A stretch of 64,000 nucleotides of DNA from Utricularia gibba (taxonomy: Eukaryota > Plantae > Magnoliophyta), in NCBI GenBank assembly GCA_002189035.1, contig NEEC01000010.1, forward strand, positions 558,001-622,000, read 5' to 3'. Below are positions 53,368 through 64,000 of this stretch, piece by piece (positions within the stretch are counted from its first letter, which is position 1; each line of letters starts with the position of its first letter). Both the position numbers and the translations under genes were made by a program. The notes below the pieces were generated by a model. The model saw only the letters and a program-made list of their open reading frames with translations, had not been told where the DNA came from and searched no databases.

Positions 53368-55980
53368 AATTGCTCGAGTACCTTCAACCATGAATTGTAT
53401 GTAGAAGTTGAAATAGAATTATTTTTGATAATGAGTGATGAGAAAATAAAAGAAAGTAGTGGAAAACTATAAGATAATCATATCATATATATAAATAAAT
53501 TTTGTTATTAAATTAATAACAACGGTTACTGTCAAAACCATGTGCAACTCTATAATGTGCACAATCACAAACGCATGTACTAGCCGTTGAGATTAATATA
53601 TACATAAAAAATAAGTATTTTAAATATATACTTATATTTAAATATGCATTGAATTACCAATATGGATAAATTAGTAACCTTGACCGCAAATAGTTATTGA
53701 AAAAAATATATAGATAATGAAATGTTAAAATATGTATTTGATTGAATTATCGAAATTATTCAATAAATTTGAGTAATTTAGTAATTTTAAATTGAGGTTA
53801 TACATTTTATATTTATTAATCTCACTCTAATTTTATAATTTATAGGATTAACTCAATAATTATTCATAATCATTTATAAATAATTCATATACATTTATTG
53901 AATATTTAGCATTGTTACATTTCATTGGATTTATTATGTAATATACTATGTTAAATTCTAAAATACCTTAATTTAGAGTATTTGGTAAAATACCTTAATA
54001 AACTATAATTAATATCAACATAATTAGTGACTTAAATAAATGAAATAAATTCTTAAAATGATAAAATTATCAGTAATTAAAAATTTCTACAATAAAATTA
54101 AATTTTTGGAAATAGATAGAACAACATTACAAATTATATAAAATCAATAAAATTATTTTTTATATTTCTTTTACATTTTAATAGTAACCTTTTATCTAAT
54201 CGTTTGTAAATACTATGCATTTTTTAAATTAAAATCAAAATATCATCTATTTTCAGATAACCGGAACCATGGGACATCCATCTCCTGGAACCGAACCGGA
54301 ACCAGAACCGATGGTTTCGGTTTAAACCGCGGTTCCAGTTCAAACCGCGGTTCCGGTTCAAACCGAACCCACCTCTAATGGTGGCCTAGGATGAAAAGAG
54401 ATATTGCAAAGTTTGTAGCTAAATGTGACACATGCCCAAGGATCAAACGGAACACCATTGTTGTTGAACTATCAGAAAGAACAATGGAAGTTTAACAATA
54501 TTACGATGGATTTAATAGTGGAATTACCAAGAAGTATCAGAAAGAACAATGCTATTTGATGATTGTGGACAAATTGACCAAAGTTGCACATTTTCTTGCG
54601 GTAAGGGAACATGAAAGGATGGAAAAACTTGTTGAACAATATATAAAGGATGTGCTTGCATGGTCTGCCTTTAGCAATTGTTTCAGATAGAGACACACAC
54701 TTTGTATCAAGGTTTAGGCAAAGTTTGCAACAAGCAATGGGAACAAAGTTGAATTTTAGTACATCTTAACATCGTCAGAGTGATGGCCAAATCGAAAGAA
54801 TGAATCAAATGCTAGAAGACATGTTGAGAGTTTGTGTTTTAGAGTTTGGTGGATCATGTGACAAATACCTAGCCTTAATGGAATTTTCTCACAACAATAG
54901 CCACCACAGTAGCATAAACATGGCACTCTATGAGGCATTCTATGGAAGGAAATGTATGAACCCTATGTACTGGAGTGAAATATGAACCCTATGTACTGGA
55001 GTGAAATAGGTGAAAGACACATTGTAAGACCTGAAATAATCAAAATTACTAAAGATGTTGTGGATGTAGTTCAAAAAAACTTAAGGATAGCTCAAAATAG
55101 GATGAAAGAATGGGCTGATATGCAAAGAAGACCATTAGAGTTTCTGGTTGGAGACTTTGTATATCTCAAGGTTACTTCAATGAAAGGAGTATCCCGGATC
55201 AAAAGAATAAACTTGCTCCGAGGTATATTGGTCCATACCAAATTGAGAAAAGAATTGGATCAGTGACATATATGCTAAGATTACTTGAAGAGTATGCAAG
55301 AATGCACAACGTTTTTCATGTTTCTCAGCTAAAAAAATGTTTGGATACTAACCAATGTAAGGTGATTCCTGAATCTATTTTTGTTGATGATCAACTATCC
55401 TACAAAGAAACACCAATCAAGATACTTGATAGACAAGAAAGGACTAAGATAATTCATATGGTGAAGGTTCAAAGGTCTAATCACAGTATAGAAGAGGCTC
55501 CTGGGAGTTGAATGTGAGATACTTGTGGAGTTTCCGGAGTTGGTATATATGACCTTAATCGAGTTTCAGGACGAAACTCTAAATAAGGTGAGGTGAATGT
55601 GATGGTTCAATTTTTAAGTACTTTTCTCTTTAGTTTTAACTTGTTCTACCTCATACTAGCCTACCCAATCAAACGTATCTAAGTGACCATCATTGCATAC
55701 GTGTCATGTGTCATCTCGTATGTGTGCCATGCTTCCTCTTGCATGTGTGCCACTGCCCTATTGCATGTGTGCCATTTGTATGTCATGCATGTGTACCACA
55801 TGTTGCACGTAAAATAAGGATGAGATGGAGACAGGAATATATATATATATATATAATGGAATGTAAGGTTCTTTCACTCATATTTGAGTTTTCCAAAGGC
55901 AAGGAGGAAAGTTGAAAGAAAAAGTTATAGTACCTAAGGTGAATAAGATTTAAAATTGGTTTGGAGTCTAAGGTGTTAAC

Positions 55981-58472
55981 TGATAAACGAAAAATTATGC
56001 AATGTCGTTAATTTTGCAAATTTCTCCTATCAAATAAAATTTATAAACCTAATTCACATCAAATCATATGGAAAATATGATCATATGGGACTAGGGTCGA
56101 ACACGAGGAGCTAGGTGCTTGCTATGTGAAAGTTAATGCATGAAATCAGTGTTACGTTGGTAGAATTGGTCTTAACTAGGACTAAGGAAAAACTACGATG
56201 AAATGCAGTAAAGAAAAATAACAAGCTTGGGACTCGGTGGTTTATAATATGAAATGGATGATGCCTTGGGATTTCTAGGGGATGTATGTTTATCACTAAA
56301 CAAGCTCACACAAACTATAAATCATACAACTAACTTACAAGGTCTAGGTCTATCCAGACTTTTGTTTTCCTCCTAATCTTTGATCTACCTCTAATTAGGG
56401 TTTTCAAGCTGGGTTTCACTACTTCCCCCTCTTGGATCTAGCCTGGTTTGTTAAGGAAGTTGCGTGACTTATGGTTGTTTAGGTCTAAAGATTGATTAGC
56501 ATATCTACCCCCCTTTCACCCCAAGACACCCCCTAAGTGCTTAGCCACTCATGTCAAGAGAAAGGAAAACGTTCTCATAGCATATCCTAAACAACATTCT
56601 GGTTTTAAAGTTAAACAATAACAAGCAATGCATAATAGAAAGAGAAAGGACAAATTGTTCACGCAGTGAATCTAAAACTAGTCTTAGCTAGGAATAATAT
56701 GCATCAAGAACTAAAATAAATCTTCAAAGAGAAGCTGTGTTCTTCTGGTTCGTCGTTCCCCTTCTTCTTCCTCTAGAAACCTTCTCCGAAAATTTGTTCG
56801 TGAGTCTCCAATGGGGAGATATGTTGTTAAGTGTCATTTTCTAGTTATTATTTAGGTATTATTATGTATTAATCCAGTGCTAAGTCGCTCAATTAAGAGT
56901 CCTATTATTAATTATTTGATTTTTATTAGAAATTTCTATTTTCCAATTTTGTATATATTTTATGTCTTTTTTCTCACACTTTGACTGAGACATGTCAGGA
57001 GACTGTCATGGAGTGTTGCAGGAGTATTGCAGGTGGTCAGAGTCTCACATTTCGTGCCTTGTACGTGACTTCGAACAATTGTGGGCGGAGGACTGACACT
57101 AGTCAAGGCCCCTGATTTACGGCATGTCAGAGTCTGCAGCAATGATTGGGCACTAACTTGCACGCAAAGGAAAGCCACTGGTGCATGCAAGACAAAAGAA
57201 ATGATGGGAAGGGGGCCCAAAGGAGTTAATGCACATGGAGGAGTGATATAAAAGCCACTTGGAGCACTTAGTTTCGGACTTTTTGCCATTTCCTTTCTAG
57301 ACTTAGAACTTCTAAGTTCTTCCTCCCCTCAAGGAGGAAGAACACTTAGCTTCCTTTTCGTTTCTGTTTCCATGACCCTTTGTGGCTAAAACCCTTTAGT
57401 TTCTAGGAGAAGATGAAGTTTCCTTCCAAGTCTTGAGCAATACACTCGGTTCTTCGCTGAATTCAATTTGGATTCTGCATATTTCCACGCGCTTTGTTGC
57501 AGTCTTTCTATAACGATTCTTAATCAAGGTCCATGAGTAGCAGGCCACTCCTCGCGGATTTTGGTGAAGATCAAGGTGAAGAGCACCAACTCCAACCTTG
57601 CTGGTTCGAGGGAAGTAGTGGATTGTTTGTGGCCTAGGTACCGCGACAGTGGACAGGTTGTGACCACGGACCCGCTACTGGCCATTGGCAACAGCTGAGC
57701 ACACGCACGCAAGTCGGTTTTGAAGGCAATCGAAGGCAATCCTCTCTTCTTCGTAATCGTCTAAGGGGAATCACATGAGGCTATTCCTGTGCCTCCTTGT
57801 CAATCAGAGTATAAGGGAGAGTAAGCTATTCCTTGCTCCTATAACTAGCTATTCGGAAGAAATCAGTGAAAACCGAGGCAAGGACGGACAAAGGAAAGAG
57901 ATGGAATCTTATTCCAAGGAACTGCATCCCGTAGTCAAGGCCCATTACTTAGGTTGTAACTTTTATTTCTACATTCCACAAACCCTCTTTTACAAAACCG
58001 TGACATTTTGTAGAAGTTTCTTACAAAACACTTTTCACGAAAACCAACTCCCTGTGATCGATACTCGTACTACGCTATTTGGTGTTTTACGTTTTAAATA
58101 TTTAAAATTTGTTGAGGAAACGACACGCAACATCTGCCTTCTCTCTCTATCTTTTCCTCCTTTTTGTCCAAAATCTCCCTTTTTCCTCCTTGCATTTTGT
58201 GTGTACTATTTTTCAGACTTTTGGACTCATCTTCTACCACTACACTGTACATATTCGGCTCCTTGGGATTTGTGTTGCGACCTGTACTACATTGTTCAAA
58301 GAAGATTATTAGAAGGCTGGGACTAGATCGTAGATTTAGTCCCAACTAAGACTAAAATAACATAACTCCGATACTTTGCGCAAAAATATAGAACTTGGCA
58401 GTAAAATCTGATTTTTATAGCACAATATGAGTAATTTCCATGCACTCAATCACTCAAAAATATGTGTTATCA
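55981..58472 (-). mobile_element. Solo LTR (family A) in the Tekay 3' LTR, itself containing a family-B solo LTR
   Basis: TGATAAACG...GTGTTATCA, perfect TSD TTAAC. Confidence 0.92.
56825..58132 (+). mobile_element. Solo LTR (family B)
   Basis: TGTTAAGTGTC...GACACGCAACA, decayed TSD TATGT/TCTGC. The host LTR reads GGGAGA|TCTGC|CTT, as in the 53208 copy. Confidence 0.85.
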
Positions 58473-58569
58473 TTAACGTAAGTGGCATGATTGCTTTCGA
58501 AGCTTTGCTTTTCTTTTGAAACTGATTTACGCAAACTGACGTATCTACGTAATGTTGGGGCTTGTTTTC

Positions 58570-59742
58570 TGATAAACGAAAAATTATACAATGTCGTTAA
58601 ATGCAAATTTTTTTATCAAATAAATTTATAACCTAACTCACATTCAAGCATAAAACAATTATGAGCATAGTGATTAGGGTCGAACACGAAAAGCAGGTGC
58701 TTGTCAAGTGATTAGCCAAAGCATGAAATCAGTGTCATATTGGTAAATTGGTCTTAGCTAGGACTAAGACAGAATTAAAACGAAATACAGTAAAGAAAAT
58801 TAATAAGTTCTGGAGCTCGGTTGTTTCTAGAATGAAATGGGTGATGCTTTGGGACTCCTAGGGATGTATGCCTATCACTAAACAAGCTCAAAGAAATCAA
58901 AAATTATATAACTAACTCACAAGATGTAGGTCTACTTGGATTCTTGTTTTTCCCCCTAATCTTTGGTCTACCTTTAATTAGGGTTGTTAGTTGGGTTTCA
59001 CTACCTCCCCCTCCTGAATCTATCCTGGTTTGCTAAGGAAGTAGTGTGACTTATGATTTATTAGGTCTAAGGATGGATTAGCATGTTTCTCCCCTCTTCA
59101 CCCCAAGATACCCCCCTCTAAGTGCTTAGCTACTCATGACAATGAAAAGTAAAACATTTTGATAGCATATCCTAAGCAACATCCTAACTACAAATGTTAA
59201 ACAACATCGAGCAATATGAAGCAGAAGTAGGAAAGACACTTCGTTCACAAGAAATCCAAATCTAATCTTAGCTAGGAACAGTAAACATGAAGAACGAAAA
59301 TAATTTCTCAAGCGAAGCTGTGTTCTTCTGATTCGTCGTCCCCTCCTTCATCTTCCTCTAGGAAAATCTCCAGAAACTTGTCTTTAGTCTCCAATGGAAG
59401 ATCTGTCTTCTCTCTCATCTTTTCTTCCTTTTTGTCCAAAATCTCCCTCTTTCCCTCCTTGGATTTTGTGTGCTCCAATTCGCAGACTTTTGGACTCATC
59501 TTCTGCCACTACACTGTGCATATTCGGCTCCTTGGGATTTGTGTTGTGACCTGCACTGCATTACTCAAATAAAACTATTAGAAGCTTGGGACTAAATCGC
59601 AGATTTAGTCCCAACTAAGACTAAATTGACACTACTGCGGTACTTATGTGCAAAAATATAAAACTAGGCAATAAAGCATAATTTTTGTAGCACAACATGA
59701 GTAAATTCCATGCATTGAGTCACTCAAAAATATGTGTTATCA
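58570..59742 (-). mobile_element. Solo LTR (family A) in the Tekay 3' LTR
   Basis: TGATAAACG...GTGTTATCA, perfect TSD TTTTC. Confidence 0.92.
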
Positions 59743-61819
59743 TTTTCCATTACTTTGGATATGATTGTGTTTACTCTTCGAATCTTTTTACATTACATGA
59801 AGGCTCTAACAAGGGAGTAGGTTATTTCATGTTATTTCTGAAAAAGCTATTTTTGAGTCCCAAAAATGTGATTCTTTTCACTAATAGCCACCCCGTTATC
59901 TTTGAAATGATATTTCAATATCTATCTCTATGTACTATGTAATAAAGAAGCTAGGAAAGAATGGAGGAGATATAGATGCATATCTTCAGCAACATGGTTG
60001 TACTACGAGCACTTTGGCTAATATGTCAAGCATGTCTAAGGCACCATATATAAGTAGAAGACCAAAAAGTATGAACGTATGTAAGAAAGATATCATATGT
60101 TATGTATGGCTTAAGTTTATGATTCTTTGGTGGGAGATAGCTCTATTGACTATAGAACCATGGACAAGGGAATTTTATGCGTCACCTATCATAGTCGAAT
60201 AGCAACACTAAGGTTCAATGGTTATGAGAAGTGAGAAAAGATAGATATGAGAATTCATAATGTGTTTCAAGTTTCTTTTATAACTCTTTATATTCTTTTT
60301 TGATTTGACTTGTTTTAAAACTTAGAAGCATGATCACTCTTTTATTTATTTTAGGGGATGAAAGGAGCCAGTAGAGGTTAAATGATCAACCATACTTTTA
60401 AGAGTCCTATGAATATGTATACATAGTAAATGTATGTATAATATATATTATATTTTGAATCTATTTGTATAAGTTTATGAACTACGTTAAATAAAAACAT
60501 TTTGACAGAGTCTTATGTCTTGTTTATTTATATATTTATCCATTTTAATATTAATAGATAGTATTATGAAAAACACCTTGGGTTCTAGTGTTTTAGCTAG
60601 AATTGGATGGTCATGGTTCATCTTTCCCGAGCCATAAAAGTGGGTCGTGACACTATGCATCCTTTGTTATTGTTGAACTTTCGAACCAGGATTATGCTTA
60701 TGATATGTAATGAAAGTATTTTCATTTACCTTGTTATGAGTAGCTAAACATTTAAGAGTGCCTTGAGGTAAAGGAGATTAGCATGTTTGTTGTTCACTAA
60801 GCCATATTTATCATATAATCATATTATTTCTTTAACAAACTAGGATAGATTTAAGAGGGAGATGTAGTGAAGCCGTTGATTAAAAATAAGTTTCTTTAAC
60901 AAACTAGTTAGTGAACAATCCTAACTAGAGGTAGATTAAAAATTAGTATAAATAAGGGTTTGGATAGACTTAAGCCGTTGATTGTTAGGTGAATAATTTA
61001 TTATTTTGGTGGGATAGATGTAATAATTTACATGCTAATCTTATGAGTCCCAAGATATCATCCCATCTTATCTTAGACAATAGCAGAGTTCAGTGATTTA
61101 TTGTTTTTCTTTCTTATATATTATCATAGAATTGAATGTGTTAGTTTAGACTTAATTTTTTAACTATGACAAAAGAATCATGCATCAACCTTCATACCCA
61201 AGCACATAACCCCTTGTATTCGATCTTAGTCCATTATTCTCATATTTTTCATATGGTTGTGAATTAGGTTTACAAATTTTATTTGATAGGAGAATTTACA
61301 ATTTTAATAACTTGCATAATTTTTTATTTATCAAATGACTATTTGAGAAAAAAAACGAAGTAAAGATACATGATGCAAGAAAATACCAATGCAACCTTTT
61401 ATTTAGTAAATACTTCTTTTCAATATATATTTTACAATTTCATTTATCACTGCCTTCCATCAGTAATATTGTTGTCTTTATAAAGTTATCTGAACACAAC
61501 AAGTTTCCACTTAGTGTTAGTGCATTATTTGGTATTGTAAAGTGTTCAAAAGTTGCTCAGAAAAAATTATTTAAAATATTCTTAAAGGTAAAAATTAAAA
61601 TTGTTACAGGTTTACGAGACTCATATGAAAATTGATGAACTAGTTTCGTATGAATCATTTTACTTGAAGATTTGACAATTAGGATACCTAAACCAATATC
61701 TACCTCATTAAATGTTGGAAAACCAACTTGCAAGAATATTTTCTTTGTAAACATCTTTTGATTAGATTAAAATTCTTGTATTTTCGATTAATAAATTTTT
61801 TTATTGTGAAATATGCATT

Positions 61820-62750
61820 CCATGGATAGAAAGTACAAATTATGTCTCAAATATGCGATTGGTAGATATTTAGCCACCCCTTTCAAATCTTAGAGGCTCA
61901 ATCCAGATATATTGTGGCACTCTTCATAATATAAGCACCATGCATACTTGATCAAAAGAACATAAAGTTAATAAAAATGAGTTACCATATCATGATGAAC
62001 ACAAGGAAGAGATTTTAGATTTTTCTATCACTCAATAAATGGACAACAATAATGTTATCAAGATGTGTTTAGAGTTCGAAGCAACTAAAAATGAAATTGT
62101 GCAACTGAGAGATACTATCTACCAATATGAAACAAGATATCTTATGCTCATTCCTCAAGATGTTGATACATCGAAACCTATGAAATTGATCATTCTTGAT
62201 ATTAATGGTCTACTTGATGATGTGGTGTTCATGGACAAATGGTGAGTGATTGGAAGACAAGATTGCATCATTGAACATCGAGCAATTAGCATAATACATT
62301 TTACATCTCTAACTGTATGTGTAATAATGATGTCTATTTTTCATTACAATTTATATCATATCAAATTATATCAAATTTCTAGATTGATAAATGGAAACAT
62401 TCGATGTTGCATTTTGATCCTCATGAAAAAAAATAAGTTGAAACATTTATAACTTCATTTTCCTTGCTTCTATTATATTAAAACATTCGCCACTTTTTTT
62501 TATGTAGTACACTTGTACGTAAAGTAATCAATTATATTATGGTGAGTTGCAGTTATTGAAAACTTGTATTTTGTTAAGGAATAAGTCAATGTAATGATAT
62601 GGGAATATGTATTGACTGGAGCTTCAACACCATTAAATCTAAAGACTTGCGATGCATTTGGAATGATGCTATAACGTTCAAATATCATTGCAATACAATT
62701 GATACATTGTTAATCGATGGCTCATTGGAGAAATCACTTCTAAATCAGGT
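61820..62750 (+). pseudogene. Second, more decayed coiled-coil plus FCP1-like HAD gene
   Basis: LEFEATKNEIVQLRDTIYQYETRY...MKLIILDINGLLDDVV aligns with LEFIAKENEELRYKLDYYESRW...QKLIILDVNGVLADIV of the hAT cargo. Further on: SFNTIKSKDLRCIW...IDTLLIDGSLEKSLLNQ. Confidence 0.8.
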
Positions 62751-63473
62751 AATACACTTTTTTTTTTATAGAACTAATATTAATTCATCTATGTTAACTT
62801 ATTTTTATCATATTCAATAGGTGACCAATGTAATATTTTTCTTTTCTTACAAGATAATGCAATATTGAGTGATGAATACATTCGATTGTAGAATGTTATA
62901 TGTAAATCTGTTGTGTTATGAATGTTTTATTCTCTAGACCAATTATTTTATATAAATAATCGTTTTAATCTATTATATGTAAATTATATATATATATATA
63001 TATATATAATTAATTATACAAATATTTATATATAATTTAAATGGAAGAATTTGTATTTATCTTTTGCGTTTGTAAATTATTTAAGTATTCAATATTATAA
63101 GTTATGTTTTATAGCATTTTGTATTTTAGTATGCAATTAAATACATAAATTAATAAAATTAGGTTGATTTTGAACATGATAATTTTAAAGAAATGCATCA
63201 CTGTAATTGTAGTCTTGGAGAAATACCGCATTTCTTTGAAGTTGTAATATTAAGGATGGTAAAATTGCAAACCATTTTGAAGGAATACGAGGTTTGTATT
63301 TTGGAATTTTTCACTCTTTATTTTTCTGGGCAACTAGCGGCATGGTGTCAGCGGTGGCTGACACAAGCACCCAAATGTTCACAAATAAGTACACTACACA
63401 GACGGCTGTAGGGTAGGCTGGTCAACGAGGCATTTGACCACACCCTTCCCTCGCTGTTTCGCCGGTTTACAGT

Positions 63474-64000
63474 TCACTGGCTGCTGCAGAAGTCCAAGAA
63501 TCCCATGAATTCGTGGTGGCTGATCATCACCACACTCCTCTCTATTCCAATCACACCTGAAACCAGTCCCAAGGCATGAATAATAACACACGTATGACTA
63601 ATCCGAGGATAGATACTGTTCTGCCTTCTTACCCATTGTCAAGGCGCTGGCGAAGATCACTCCGGCCAGGATGAACACGATGACGGAGGCTCTCTTCAGG
63701 ACTGCCACCATCTTCCTTACCAAGCACTGCCCCCAGAATCCAGCTAACATTGAAACGCCCATCATGTACAGGGCTGCATGCATGCATCATCCGGGATTAG
63801 ACTTCTTCTACTCATCAATACCATTTCCTCCTCATAACAAAACACGTACCAAAGTGGATTGGAAACCTCTTGAGCAGATAAAACTCCACCACGGATAAAG
63901 ATGACGAGAACATCATCACAAAGGTCGCTGTTGCACTAGCCACCTGATGATACCGACACAAACTTTAGTGAAAGGCTTCTTTTTTATTTGTAATGGGAAG
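63474..64000 (-). CDS. Sulfite exporter TauE/SafE family protein, last three exons (gene continues beyond the window)
   Basis: Exons 63943-63850 ([28 protein letters not shown]), 63773-63633 ([15 protein letters not shown]...IFASALTM) and 63556-63474 (GVIGIE...[13 protein letters not shown]). GT-AG junctions keep the frame. Confidence 0.9.

Larger units (their letters stand above)
46153..54377 (-). mobile_element. hAT element 2 (8225 bp) carrying a transposase and a cargo gene
   Basis: TIR TAGAGGTGGGTT (46153) / AACCCACCTCTA (54377). 8-bp TSD ATGGTGAC/ATGGTGGC. AACCG/CGGTT subterminal arrays at both ends. The Tekay integrase frame (YHDLKT*W / WWPRMKRDIAKFVAKC) resumes after it. Confidence 0.95.
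42835..60652 (+). mobile_element. Tekay/Del-like chromoviral Ty3/gypsy element, internally deleted, host of nested insertions
   Basis: Perfect TSD CTATG. 5' LTR 42835-43425, PBS TGGTATCAGAGC (tRNA-iMet) 43429-43440, gag start 43577, RT/RNase H 43880-44450. Integrase split (44700-44826 and 54386-55260). Chromodomain-region motif HNVFHVSQLKK...ILDRQ, then GGACGAAAC and a PPT. 3' LTR 55598-60652. Confidence 0.93.
42316..61333 (+). mobile_element. Old A3-family solo LTR split by the nested stack (42316-42834 plus 60653-61333)
   Basis: 5' end TTATAATACATAGTTTTGAGTG (decayed TGATAACACAT...), 3' end TTGCATAATTTTTTATTTATCA, TSD TATGA/AATGA. The two halves join colinearly with 24071-26220. Confidence 0.75.

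Noticed and set aside
57775-58326. 183-aa ORF
   Set aside because: It runs across the junction of a B solo LTR and an A solo LTR, so it is a chance open frame in LTR sequence.
59750-60202. ORFs at 59697-60202
   Set aside because: They lie inside the Tekay 3' LTR (the segment deleted from the 5' LTR) and show no protein motif.
62985-63008. (TA)n and similar microsatellites (also 33130-33158, 55836-55855, poly-G ~6188-6200)
   Set aside because: Ordinary simple repeats.

Overview
Flowering-plant nuclear DNA, AT-rich and mostly transposon-derived. There are four host genes: an intact 16-exon cytosolic pyruvate kinase (31444-34838, +), an intronless HRA1-like trihelix transcription factor convergent with it (-), an LMI1/ATHB51-like HD-Zip I gene (39700-40855, +), and the 3' end of a TauE/SafE-family membrane protein gene (-, runs off the window). 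The rest is decayed LINE, Athila-like and Tekay/Del-like Ty3/gypsy elements, about 11 solo LTRs with matching or near-matching 5-bp TSDs, and two hAT elements. A four-level nested stack (42316-61333) begins about 1.5 kb downstream of LMI1. The most unusual object lies inside that stack: an 8.2-kb hAT element (46153-54377, TIRs plus 8-bp TSD). Besides its transposase it carries a second spliced gene, which appears to join a Transposase_28-like (gypsy accessory ORF) region to a coiled coil and a complete FCP1/NLI-IF-like HAD phosphatase domain, and it is surrounded by arrays of short motifs. A diverged paralog of this cargo gene lies at about 61.8-62.75 kb. All family assignments come from motif recognition by eye; no database search was run.
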